A stretch of DNA of 64,000 nt, from NCBI GenBank assembly GCA_023423695.1, contig JAFAFA010000079.1, forward strand, positions 60,293 to 124,292. The letters are read 5' to 3'. Under the pieces are notes generated by a model, which saw nothing but the letters and a program-made list of their open reading frames with translations, ran no database searches and was not told where the DNA came from. Source of the stretch: Pseudomonadota bacterium. GTDB lineage: Bacteria; Pseudomonadota; Alphaproteobacteria; Azospirillales; Azospirillaceae. A program made the position numbers and the translations under genes. This document shows positions 9,373 to 18,640 of this stretch, one piece after another. Positions within the stretch are counted from its first letter, which is position 1; each line of letters starts with the position of its first letter.

Positions 9373-11043
9373 GTGAGGCTGGGACGGGCGATAGCGGGAA
9401 CGGCGGCGGTTGCGGTGACGCTGGGCGTCGTCGGCCTTGGCGGTGCCATTCTGGCCGGCCCTGCCCTGATCGGCGGGATAGCGACCGAACTGCTGCGCGA
9501 TACCGGCTTCGCCGGGGCGGAGGTCACCGTTACCGGATTAAGGATCGCCGATGGCTGGGACGGGCTGCGGCTGGAGTTCACCGCCGGCAGCGGACCGCTG
9601 GAGGCGGCGGCCCCGACGCTGGAGCTGCCGATGGCCGGCCGTGTCACGCTGTCCGGTGCCCTGCGGGTGGGGATGGACGGCGGGACGCTGACCGTCAGCC
9701 CCGACGGCTGTCTGCCGGCCGTTGTGGAGAAGCTGACTGTCAGCGGCCAGACGCTGGTCCTGCCGCAGGAAGCGACGGTCTGCGCCGCGCCGGATGCACC
9801 GCTGCTGCGCTGGTCCCCCTCGGTGATGACCATTGCTGCGGAGGTGAAGGCCCCGCGGCTCGACGTGCCGGCCAGCGGCCTGCGTGCCGACCGGTTGGTG
9901 CTGCGGTTGGGGCAGGACGGGAACGGGCGGCAGGCTGACGTAACCATCGCCACGCTGACCAACACCGCCAAGCCGGGGCCGGTCGTGCCGCTCGCCGTCA
10001 CCCTCCACGCCGCCCAGGAGGGGGAGCGGCCTTGGTCCATCGACGGCATCGCTAAGGATGCGAAGGGCCTGCTGTCGGTCACGCTGACCGGCAGCCATGA
10101 CCAGACCGCCGGCACCGGCCGGGTGGAGGCGGTGGCGAAGCCGGTCGTGCTGGCTCCGGACGGGCCGGGATTGGCCGCCATTTCGCCGCTGGCGGCGACA
10201 TTTCTTCAGAAGGCGTCCGGCACCCTGTCGGGGAAGGCGACAATCGCCTGGGACGCCAAGGGCATGACCACGGCGGGGCAGGCGACGGTGAAGGGGCTGG
10301 CCGGCGTCGCCGGGCCGGTGACCGTCGCCGGCGTGGCCGGAACGGTCGCCCTGTCGAGCCTGTCTCCGCCGGTGATCCCTGCCGGACAGAAGCTGTCGAT
10401 CGGCCTGCTCGATGTCGGCATTCCGCTGACCGACGGCACCCTGCAGTTCGGCTATGGACGCGACGGGCGGCTGGATGTGGGCCGCGCGGAATGGCGTTGG
10501 GCCGGCGGTACGCTGCGTGCCGATCCGTTCAAGCTGGCGCCCGCCGCGCCTAAGGGAACCGTCACCCTGCATGCCGACGGCATCGACGCGGCCAAGCTGC
10601 TGGAACTGATCGCCGTCGACGGGTTGGAGGCGAGCGGCAGGCTGGCCGGCACACTGCCGGTGGTCTTCGCCGACGATACGGTGACGCTGAACGGCGGCGT
10701 GCTGGAATCCGCCGCCCCCGGTACCCTGCGCTACGATCCCGCCAACCCGCCCGCCGCCCTGAAGGGGGAGGAGGGAAGCCCCACCGCCATGCTGATGGGG
10801 GCGCTGACCGACTTCCGATACGACAGCCTGCGGATCACCATCGACGGGCAGGCCGGCGGCGAACTCAGCGCCGGCCTGTCGCTGCGCGGCGCCAACCCGT
10901 CATTCTACGATGGCTATCCGGTCGCGCTTAACCTTAAGCTGTCCGGCGCGCTCGACCGGATTCTGCGCCAGAACCTCGACGTCTACCGGATCCCCGACAC
11001 GCTGCGGGACCGCATGACCGGCTTCGACCAGAAGGACCCCTGA
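9373..11043 (+). CDS. ydbH: YdbH-family (AsmA-like) intermembrane lipid-bridge protein
   Basis: N-terminal TM; beta-rich; C-terminal GRLAGTLPV...GTLRY...ALTDFRYDSL...GANPSFYDGYPVALNL; followed by ynbE and ydbL homologues. Start chosen at a GTG with a GGGGAG RBS. Confidence 0.8.
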   Translation: MRLGRAIAGTAAVAVTLGVVGLGGAILAGPALIGGIATELLRDTGFAGAEVTVTGLRIADGWDGLRLEFTAGSGPLEAAAPTLELPMAGRVTLSGALRVGMDGGTLTVSPDGCLPAVVEKLTVSGQTLVLPQEATVCAAPDAPLLRWSPSVMTIAAEVKAPRLDVPASGLRADRLVLRLGQDGNGRQADVTIATLTNTAKPGPVVPLAVTLHAAQEGERPWSIDGIAKDAKGLLSVTLTGSHDQTAGTGRVEAVAKPVVLAPDGPGLAAISPLAATFLQKASGTLSGKATIAWDAKGMTTAGQATVKGLAGVAGPVTVAGVAGTVALSSLSPPVIPAGQKLSIGLLDVGIPLTDGTLQFGYGRDGRLDVGRAEWRWAGGTLRADPFKLAPAAPKGTVTLHADGIDAAKLLELIAVDGLEASGRLAGTLPVVFADDTVTLNGGVLESAAPGTLRYDPANPPAALKGEEGSPTAMLMGALTDFRYDSLRITIDGQAGGELSAGLSLRGANPSFYDGYPVALNLKLSGALDRILRQNLDVYRIPDTLRDRMTGFDQKDP

Positions 11044-11051
11044 TCGCCACC

Positions 11052-11300
11052 ATGATAACCAAATTCCTATCCGCCCGCCTGATGGCCGCCCTGCTGTTGC
11101 CGGTCGCGGCGGCAGCCTGTGCCCCAACGGTCAAGATCGAAGCGCCCGACAAGCCCATCGAGATCAACCTGAATGTCCGCATCGAGCAGGAGGTTCGGGT
11201 CAAGCTGGAACGCGACGTCGACGACGCCATCCGCAACGACCCCGCCCTGTTCGGTCTGCCGACGGACTCCGTACCCTCTCCTGCCAAGGGGAAGAAGTGA
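11052..11300 (+). CDS. ynbE: YnbE-family lipoprotein
   Basis: Lipobox AAAC then APTVKIEAPDKPIEINLNVRIEQE. Confidence 0.9.
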   Translation: MITKFLSARLMAALLLPVAAAACAPTVKIEAPDKPIEINLNVRIEQEVRVKLERDVDDAIRNDPALFGLPTDSVPSPAKGKK

Positions 11301-11668
11301 TGACGACCCAACCCATCACCCGCCGCCGCTTCAACCGGCTGGCGCTGTCCGCCATGGCCGCTGGCCTGCTGGCTTCCGCCCTGCCGTCGCTTGCCCTTGC
11401 GCAGGATGCGCTGGCCGCCGCCAAGGCCGCCGGCCAGATCGGCGAACGTCCCGACGGGCTGGTCGGTGCCGTTCCCGGCGCCCCTGCAACGGCCCAGGCG
11501 CTGGCTGAACAGGTGAACGCCCAGCGGCTTGCCCGTTACCGCGAGATCGCCAAGGGCAACGGCACGGCGCTCGACAAGGTTCAGGCAGTCGCCGGCCAGC
11601 AACTGATCGAGCGCACCCCCGCCGGCCAGTTCGTGATGACCGCCGCCGGCCAGTGGCAACGGAAGTGA
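11297..11668 (+). CDS. ydbL: YdbL (DUF1318) family periplasmic protein
   Basis: Twin-Arg-like signal; AKAAGQIGERPDGLVG, VNAQRLARYREIA, GQWQRK. Confidence 0.88.
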   Translation: MMTTQPITRRRFNRLALSAMAAGLLASALPSLALAQDALAAAKAAGQIGERPDGLVGAVPGAPATAQALAEQVNAQRLARYREIAKGNGTALDKVQAVAGQQLIERTPAGQFVMTAAGQWQRK

Positions 11669-13686
11669 CCGACGCGGCCACCGTCGCCGACCTGCGCCGC
11701 CGTCTTGCCGGCAAGCCCGGCGACGGCGCGCTGCTGGCAGCATTGTTCGCGGCGCTCGATGCGGCAAGGTTGGCCGGCACGCCGGAGGAGGCGGTCGCCC
11801 GCTCCAACTTCGGCGAGGCGCTGAGGCGCCAGGGCCGGCTGGCCGAGGCGGAGGCCCATCACCGCAAGGCGCTGGCATGGCTGCCGGATTTCGGCGGCAA
11901 CCATTTCAATTGGGGCGTCATCCTGCAGGCGCTGGGCCGCACGGCGGAAGCCGCGTCGGCCTATGGCGAGGCCGCGAGGCTGATGTCGCGCTTCGCCCCG
12001 GCGCCCTGCAACCAGGGTGTCCTGTTGCGCGAGCTCGGCCGGCTGGACGAGGCGGAGGCGGCGCTGCGCCGGGCACTGGCGCTCGACCCGATGCTTGTGC
12101 CGGCGCGGCTTGCCCTGGCGGCGCTGCACCGCGACCGCGGCGAACTTGACCGCGCCGTCGGTGGTTTCCGTACCTGCCTGTGTCTGCAGCCCGATCTGGC
12201 GGAGGGGCAGGCGAACCTCGCCCTGACCTTGAAGGAGCGCGGGCAGCGAGGCGGAGCGAAAGACGATACCGCCAGCCTAACGGGCTTCGAGCGCGCCCTG
12301 CGCATCGGCCTTCCCGATCCCGGTGGAGTGCTGGCGCAGCTGGTGCAGCAGCGCCGGCATCTCTGTCGCTGGGATGAGCTGGAGGCGCTGTCCACCAAGC
12401 TTGTCGGGCTGGTGCGGGAAGGGCGGACACAGCAGGTTCATCCCTGGATCTTCCTCGGCGAAGGAGCCGGGCCGGAACTGGAACGGGCCTGCGCCGAGCG
12501 CTACGCCGCCTGGAAGACACGCGGTATCGGACCGGCCTTCCCGATTCGCACCACCCGCGGCGCCAAGCTGCGCATCGGCTATCTGTCCGCCGACTTCCAC
12601 GAGCACGCCACCGCGGTGCTGATCGCCGATCTGGTCGAGCGGCACGACCGCGGGCGGTTCGAGATCTTCGGCTGCTCCTACGGTCCCGACGATGGCGGGC
12701 CGTTGCGCCGGCGGCTGACCCTGGGGTTCGACCGCTTCCTCGACCTGTCCGCCCTGACGGACGAGGCGGCGGCACAGGCGATCCATCGGGCGGGAATCGA
12801 CATCCTGGTCGATCTGAAGGGGCACACCCAGGGCGCCCGGCCCGGCATCGCTGCCCGCCGGCCGGCACCGGTGCAGGCGCAATGGCTGGGCTATCCGGGT
12901 ACGACCGGTAGCCCGGCCATCGACTATGTCATCGCCGATCCGGTGGTGGCGCCAGCCGATCATCAGCGCTTCTACAGCGAGCGCATCGTCCATCTGCCCG
13001 ACAGCTACCAGCCCAACGACCGCAAGCGCGCCATCGGGCCGGTGCCCGGCCGTGCCGACTGCGGCCTGCCGGCGGAGGGCGTGGTCTTCTGCGCCTTCAA
13101 CGCGCCTTACAAGATCGGGCCGGAGCTGTTCGGCCGCTGGTGTCGCATTCTGCAACGGGTGCCGGGATCGGTCCTGTGGCTGCTGGAAGGACCGGCGGAG
13201 GTCGCCGTCAACCTGCGCTGCGCCGCCGCGGAGCGTGGAATCGCGGCGGCGCGGCTGGTCTTCGCCCCCCGTCTGCCCGGCCCCGCCCATCTGGCGCGGC
13301 ACCGGCTGGCCGACCTTTTCCTCGATTCGACCCCGGTCGGTGCCCACACCACCGCGAGCGATGCATTGTGGGCCGGGTTGCCGGTGCTGACGGTGCCGGG
13401 CCGCTCCTTCGCCGGGCGGGTCGCCGCCAGCCTGCTGCGGGCCGTCGGGCTGGCGGAACTGGCGGTGCCGGATTGGGACGCCTATGAGGCGACGGCGCGG
13501 CGTCTGGCCGAAATGCCGGCGGAGCTGGCTGCGCTGAAACGGCGGCTGGAGGAAGCGCGTGCGACCGCCCCGCTGTTCGACACCGACCGCTTCGCCCGTT
13601 CCATCGAGGCCGCCTACCTCGCCATGTGGGACATCCACGCGGCGGGCGGACCGCCGCGTGGGCTCAGAATTCCGCCTCAGGGATAG
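11665..13686 (+). CDS. TPR-repeat O-GlcNAc transferase/SPINDLY-like glycosyltransferase (GT41)
   Basis: N-terminal TPRs; LRIGYLSADFHEHAT, DILVDLKGHT, WLGYPGT, FNAPYKI, ADLFLDSTP...HTTASDALWAG. The GTG start overlaps the ydbL stop. Confidence 0.88.
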   Translation: MTDAATVADLRRRLAGKPGDGALLAALFAALDAARLAGTPEEAVARSNFGEALRRQGRLAEAEAHHRKALAWLPDFGGNHFNWGVILQALGRTAEAASAYGEAARLMSRFAPAPCNQGVLLRELGRLDEAEAALRRALALDPMLVPARLALAALHRDRGELDRAVGGFRTCLCLQPDLAEGQANLALTLKERGQRGGAKDDTASLTGFERALRIGLPDPGGVLAQLVQQRRHLCRWDELEALSTKLVGLVREGRTQQVHPWIFLGEGAGPELERACAERYAAWKTRGIGPAFPIRTTRGAKLRIGYLSADFHEHATAVLIADLVERHDRGRFEIFGCSYGPDDGGPLRRRLTLGFDRFLDLSALTDEAAAQAIHRAGIDILVDLKGHTQGARPGIAARRPAPVQAQWLGYPGTTGSPAIDYVIADPVVAPADHQRFYSERIVHLPDSYQPNDRKRAIGPVPGRADCGLPAEGVVFCAFNAPYKIGPELFGRWCRILQRVPGSVLWLLEGPAEVAVNLRCAAAERGIAAARLVFAPRLPGPAHLARHRLADLFLDSTPVGAHTTASDALWAGLPVLTVPGRSFAGRVAASLLRAVGLAELAVPDWDAYEATARRLAEMPAELAALKRRLEEARATAPLFDTDRFARSIEAAYLAMWDIHAAGGPPRGLRIPPQG

Positions 13687-14402
13687 GCGCAGCGGTCCGC
13701 CGTGACCTCCACGAAGGAGCGCTGGGAGGCGGCGAAGGTGAAGCGGTATTCGCTGTTGTCGACCACCAGCGACTGGTGCAGCGGCAGCACGCCGGCGACC
13801 GTCGCGGTCTTGCCGCCGATGCCGGTGATTCGGATGGTCACCGGCTGTCCCGGATCGAACCAGCTTTCGGCGTTGCCCTGCGCGTTGTGAGCGGACTGGC
13901 CTTCGCCGGTGACGGTCACGGTGCCGTTGCCGAAGGTCACGCCGCGCGCACCCCCCTTCAGCAGCGGTGTGCTCAGCGTGAAGCGCTTGGTCTCGGCCGG
14001 CTGACAGTTGCGCTGAACCTGTGCCTGCGAGATGACGAAGGAGAGGCGGTTGGCGTCCAGCCCGTTCTTCAGCCGTTCCGACACGAGCTGCGTCAGCTTG
14101 GCGAGGTCGCCGGTCGGCACCTCCCGCTGCAGGCGGTCGTCCAGCTCGGCGGCACGCGCCTCCGCCGTGCGGGCGGCATGCTGCATCTGCGTGGCCAACA
14201 GTTCCAGTTCCGCCTTCTGGCGCGACAGGGTGGCGATCTCCTCCCGCAGGGTGACGTCGCGGCCCTTCAGCTGCTCGATTCCCATCTGATAGGAGAAGAG
14301 CCCGACGCCGAGAACCAAGGCGGCCAGCAGCAGGAACTTGATCACGCCCGCCCGCATGCGCCGGCGGTACCGTCTTTCGTAGTCGTAACGTCCCAGGGTC
14401 AT
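13677..14402 (-). CDS. Hypothetical membrane-anchored coiled-coil protein
   Basis: Basic N-terminus, single TM (FLLLAALVLGVGLFSY), heptad region, then a beta-rich C-terminal domain with two Cys. Confidence 0.75.
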   Translation of the reverse strand: MTLGRYDYERRYRRRMRAGVIKFLLLAALVLGVGLFSYQMGIEQLKGRDVTLREEIATLSRQKAELELLATQMQHAARTAEARAAELDDRLQREVPTGDLAKLTQLVSERLKNGLDANRLSFVISQAQVQRNCQPAETKRFTLSTPLLKGGARGVTFGNGTVTVTGEGQSAHNAQGNAESWFDPGQPVTIRITGIGGKTATVAGVLPLHQSLVVDNSEYRFTFAASQRSFVEVTADRCAYP

Positions 14403-14449
14403 GATGTCGGTCGCGGCGGGCTGTCTCGTCGGGCGATATGGCTAACGGC

Positions 14450-14480
14450 AACGGCCAAGGGATGCAACCCCTTGGCCGTT
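14450..14480. terminator. Hairpin after lptD (probable terminator)
   Basis: AACGGCCAAGGG-N7-CCCTTGGCCGTT, a 12-bp perfect stem. Confidence 0.55.
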
Positions 14481-14529
14481 CGATTTGCCGTGATGCCTTG
14501 TCGCTTCCGGCTGTATGGGCGCACTGAGT

Positions 14530-16920
14530 CTATTGGTTGGCCGAGCTGCCGCCCAGGAAGCTGGCGTTCAGGCCGGGGCTCTTGAACTCACCGACATTCT
14601 TGAAGACCAGACGGAAGAAGATGGTGTTGCCGTCCTGCTCCCCGGTGGTGCTGACCGTGTAGTCGCGGCGCGCGATGGTCTGGAAAACCAGGCATTCATC
14701 CGCGTAGGACAGGACCGCCAGGCTGGATCGCGGACCGGGCTGAGGCTCCATCGCCTGGGTGTGGCTGACGCCGATGCTCCAATAGTCGGTGAACTGCGAG
14801 GACACGCCGAACGATGCCTGCTCCACCCGGTCGCGGGTGACTGCGGTGCGCGACGTGGTCTGGTCGACATAGGTATAGGAGGTGGACAGCCGCAGCAGAG
14901 GCACGCCGGCCGAGGCGTTCAGCGAATGGCGGCGTGGCCGGAGCGTGTCATGGTCGATGCGGAAGCCGTAATTCACGTCCAGCCACTCGGCCGGCTGCAG
15001 GTCCAGGCGGCCGACATAGTCGGACACGCTATCCTCCAGGCCCGAGCCGCCGGTGAAGCCCGCTCCGGTCTCCGTCAGGCGGCGGCTCTGGCCCAGGAAC
15101 AGGCTGGCCGAGCCTTGGGTGTTGCCGTAGATCGCGGTGCGCAGGCCGTAGGTGAAGCGCGTGCCGTCATCCAGCCGGTCGATTCCGGTGAAACGGTTCG
15201 GCTGCAGCAGGTTCACGTCGTCGAACTCGATGTCCAGGCTGTCCTCGTTCGGGAAAACCCGGCCGTTCGGCAGCTTGGGCGCGAAGGTCAGCTGGCCGAT
15301 CGGCTCGATCAGCTGGGACGAGCTTTCGCCGTAGCGGACGAAGGGATAGCGGACGGTCGCCTGCCCCTGCGGGAAGAAGCGGAAGCGGCTGATGTTGTCG
15401 TTTCCGCGGACCGTCGGGTCGTTGTTGTTGAACTGCTGCGCCGTATAGCCGGCGACCAGCACGCTGCCCGACAGGGTGGTGACGAAGCCGGCGTTGGAGA
15501 CGATGTTGCGCTCCCACCCCGGCTGCACCACGAAACGCTGGGTGTCGGGGCCGGCATTCCGGAAGCGCGAGACGCCCAGCAGGCTGGTGTCCAGCGACCA
15601 GCGGCCGCCGAACAGGCTTCCCGGCTCGCCCAGCGCATTGTATCGCGCATCGGGCAGGGCGACCGGCTCGGGAATCGGGTTCCCATAGCGCATGTCCTGG
15701 AAGCTGTAACCGGTGATCGCCGCATAGTTCCGGCCGCGGAAGCCCTCGACGAAGGCCTTGCTGGTCAGATAGTCCTCGCGGAAATCGTAGTAGCGCCGCA
15801 GGAAGGTCGGGTCGCTCGCGCGCTTGACGTCGAAGCCGGCGCGCCAGGTCTCGTCGATGTCGAACAGGCCGCGCGCGGCGACGTAGCCGCGGTTGCGCGT
15901 CTCCTTGGGTGCCGTCGTGCTGTTGCCGCCGTCGCCGCGGGTGATGGCGCCTTCCAGCGACAGCCGGCCGTTCTCGAAGCGCTTGCGGTACTGGCCGCCC
16001 AGCAGCGGCCCCTGCTGCGAATAGTAATGCAGGTCGAAGGTGGCGTCCTGATCCGGTCCGATGTCCCAGTAGTAATGGGTCTTGAGGATGGCGCCGAGGT
16101 TGGAGCTGTTGCCGGCGGACGGCGTCAGGAAGCCGCTCTTGCGGTCGACCGATGGATCGGGGTGCGACAAGTAAGGCGTGTAGGCGACGGGAATCCCGAA
16201 GATTTCCATCGTCGCGTCGCGATAGCGGACCTCGTGCTCCTCGTTGTCGTGCACGATGCGCACGGCTCGGATCTGCCACAGCGGGGGCCGGGTCGGGTCC
16301 TCCTTGCAGAGGTCGCAGGGGCTGTAGACGCCGCGGTTGACGCGCGTCAGCCGGCCCTCGCGCCGCTCGCCCTCGGCACCGGCCATGCGGCCGTTGTCGG
16401 TCATCAGGACGCGGATGTTCTCGATGAACACGTCCTTCAGGTCGTCGGTCAGCTCGGCATAGTCGGCAAAGACGATGTCGCCCGACGGCTCCACCAGCCG
16501 GATCTTGCCGGTGGCGGTGACGACCTTGGTCTTCTGGTTGTAGGTGATCTTGTCGGCGCGGACGCTGCGCTTGCCCTGCGCCAGTTCGACATTGCCGCTG
16601 GCGGTGACGAGGCTGTTCACCTCGTCGAAGGTGACCTGATCGGCGGTGAGCAGCACCGGGTCCTGCTTCTGCGTCGCCCCGGCGGCATTTCCGCCGGCCG
16701 TCCCATTGCCATTTCCCTGCCCGGCGGCAGCCTGGGCGGTGGCCGGCTTCGTTCCGGGAACCGGGGTGGCCGGCGACTGGGCCTGCGCCATGTCGGTGAG
16801 GGCCAGATCCACGGCGGCGACCCCGCACGCCACCATCAGCCCGACGATGCCGGAGCGCAGGATGGGATTGGCGGCGGTCGGAGCTTTGGCGCGGGCGCGC
16901 CGGGAGACGTGCTTGGGCAT
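14530..16920 (-). CDS. lptD: LPS-assembly outer-membrane protein LptD
   Basis: N-terminal OstA-like region (LTADQVTFD...ASGNVEL), YSPCDLC, PPLWQIRA, RKSGFLTPS, QPNRFTGIDRLDDG, terminal beta-strands. Confidence 0.93.
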   Translation of the reverse strand: MPKHVSRRARAKAPTAANPILRSGIVGLMVACGVAAVDLALTDMAQAQSPATPVPGTKPATAQAAAGQGNGNGTAGGNAAGATQKQDPVLLTADQVTFDEVNSLVTASGNVELAQGKRSVRADKITYNQKTKVVTATGKIRLVEPSGDIVFADYAELTDDLKDVFIENIRVLMTDNGRMAGAEGERREGRLTRVNRGVYSPCDLCKEDPTRPPLWQIRAVRIVHDNEEHEVRYRDATMEIFGIPVAYTPYLSHPDPSVDRKSGFLTPSAGNSSNLGAILKTHYYWDIGPDQDATFDLHYYSQQGPLLGGQYRKRFENGRLSLEGAITRGDGGNSTTAPKETRNRGYVAARGLFDIDETWRAGFDVKRASDPTFLRRYYDFREDYLTSKAFVEGFRGRNYAAITGYSFQDMRYGNPIPEPVALPDARYNALGEPGSLFGGRWSLDTSLLGVSRFRNAGPDTQRFVVQPGWERNIVSNAGFVTTLSGSVLVAGYTAQQFNNNDPTVRGNDNISRFRFFPQGQATVRYPFVRYGESSSQLIEPIGQLTFAPKLPNGRVFPNEDSLDIEFDDVNLLQPNRFTGIDRLDDGTRFTYGLRTAIYGNTQGSASLFLGQSRRLTETGAGFTGGSGLEDSVSDYVGRLDLQPAEWLDVNYGFRIDHDTLRPRRHSLNASAGVPLLRLSTSYTYVDQTTSRTAVTRDRVEQASFGVSSQFTDYWSIGVSHTQAMEPQPGPRSSLAVLSYADECLVFQTIARRDYTVSTTGEQDGNTIFFRLVFKNVGEFKSPGLNASFLGGSSANQ

Positions 16921-17019
16921 GGCGGAACGATTGGGGGAAGCGTAAGCCCAAGTCAACGGTTTCAAGACCCTATCGCGGGCAATGTCACCGTGTCGCCGTC
17001 GGCCCTGTGGCAGCAACGC

Positions 17020-17057
17020 CGCAACCCCCGCCGCCGGAGCGGCGGCAGGGGCTGCGG
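17020..17057 (-). terminator. GC-rich hairpin after hss (possible terminator)
   Basis: CGCAACCCC-CGCCGCC...GGCGGCA-GGGGCTGCG imperfect inverted repeat just 3' of the hss stop. Confidence 0.4.
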
Positions 17058-17075
17058 GACTTCATCCGAACTGTT

Positions 17076-18497
17076 TCAAACGACCCGGAAGTTCTTGAAC
17101 TGCCATGGATCGTCCTCGTCGATGTCCTCCGGGAACAGGGTGTTGCGGTCCTGCAGAGGCGTCCAATCGCCATAGGCGCCGACCACCTCGCCCAGATAGG
17201 GGGAAGCGATCTCCAGCACCCGGCGGAAGTCGACCTCGTCCGGTTCCACCAAGCCCCGATTCGGGTTCTCCAGGGTCCAGACGATGCCGCCCAGAACGGT
17301 GGAGGTCACCTGCATCGACGTGGCGTTGTTGTAGGGGGCCAGCGACCGCGCGGTGTCGATGTCGAGCCGCGAGCCGTACCAGTAGGCGCCCTTGGGGTTG
17401 CCCATCAGCAGAACGCCGAGTTCGTCCATGCCGCCGGTGATCTCATGCATCATCAGCCGCTGTTCGGCCTGCATGTTGTAGTTCTTGCCGACCAGTTCGT
17501 GCAGCGACATCACGGCGTCGTCGCAGGGGTGATAGGCATAGTGGCAGGTCGGCCGATACACGACCTTGTCCCCCTCGCGCACCGTGAAATAGTCGGAGAT
17601 CGAGATCGATTCGCTGTGGGTGATGAGGAAGCCGTGGAACGGACCCTCCAGCGGAGTCCAGGTGCGCACGCGGGTGGCGGCGCCCGGCCGCATCAGGTAG
17701 ATGGCGGAACCGCAGCCGAACTCGTGCCGGCGCCCATCGGGCGGCAGGTCCTTCTCATGCGTGCCCCAGCCGAGCTCGGCCGGCTGGCAGCCTTCGCTGA
17801 CGAAGCCGTCGATCGACCAGGTGTTGACGAACTCGCCGATCTGCTTGGGCTGGTTCGACACCTGGGTGTCGCGCTCCGCCACATGAATGGTCTTGATTCC
17901 CAGCTTCTGCGCCAGCCGGCCCCAGCCGTCGCGGTCGGTGGGAACCTCCGTCCCGACACCGGTGTCGGCGGCGATGTTCAGCAGCGCCTGCTTGACGAAA
18001 TGCGACACCAGACCCGGATTCGCCCCATGGGTGATCAGCGCGGTCGGGCCACCCTGGAAGCGGCCGCGCAGCGCCAGCGCCGTCTCGCGCAACGCGTAGT
18101 TGGAGCGCAGCGACGGCGACAGGCTGGAATCGGTATAGCCGCCCGCCCACGGTTCGGTGCAGGTGTCGGTGTAGAAGGCGCCGACCCGCTGGCAGAACTC
18201 GATCAGCGCGACCGACGAGACGTCGACCGACAGGTTGACCAGGAAATCGCCCTTGTCGATCAGCGGCTTCAGAATCTGGAAGAAGTTGTCGTTGTCGAGC
18301 GGGTTGTTGTGGAAGGCGACGCCGTAAAGCTCCGCCTCCTCGCGCCCGCGCTCCTCGGCGGTGACGATGGTGATCCGGTCGGCGGTAAGTCCGTCGATGT
18401 GACGCAACAGCAGCGGCAAGACACCCTGGCCAATCGAACCGAATCCAACGATGACCATGCGGCCTGTGAACGTGCAGAGCTTTGTGTCCAGGGCCAT
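17076..18497 (-). CDS. hss: Homospermidine synthase
   Basis: IVGFGSIGQG, VNLSVDVSS, HGANPGLVSHFVK, IHVAERDTQ, FVNTWSIDGF, QPAELGWG, C-terminal DPWQFKNF. Confidence 0.95.
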   Translation of the reverse strand: MALDTKLCTFTGRMVIVGFGSIGQGVLPLLLRHIDGLTADRITIVTAEERGREEAELYGVAFHNNPLDNDNFFQILKPLIDKGDFLVNLSVDVSSVALIEFCQRVGAFYTDTCTEPWAGGYTDSSLSPSLRSNYALRETALALRGRFQGGPTALITHGANPGLVSHFVKQALLNIAADTGVGTEVPTDRDGWGRLAQKLGIKTIHVAERDTQVSNQPKQIGEFVNTWSIDGFVSEGCQPAELGWGTHEKDLPPDGRRHEFGCGSAIYLMRPGAATRVRTWTPLEGPFHGFLITHSESISISDYFTVREGDKVVYRPTCHYAYHPCDDAVMSLHELVGKNYNMQAEQRLMMHEITGGMDELGVLLMGNPKGAYWYGSRLDIDTARSLAPYNNATSMQVTSTVLGGIVWTLENPNRGLVEPDEVDFRRVLEIASPYLGEVVGAYGDWTPLQDRNTLFPEDIDEDDPWQFKNFRVV

Positions 18498-18640
18498 GAT
18501 TTTTTGTCTCCCCGAGGTAGTTTAGGCCAACGACATGAGCCGGCGCTTCCGCCCACTTTCGAGAAGTGGGAACGGAACGCGCCGGACCGGTGAATGTTAC
18601 GGGTGTCTTTACGCTTTATCCACAGATTCCGGCGGTGCGA

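Noticed and set aside
14515..17175. 886-aa plus-strand ORF
   Set aside because: Antisense of lptD.
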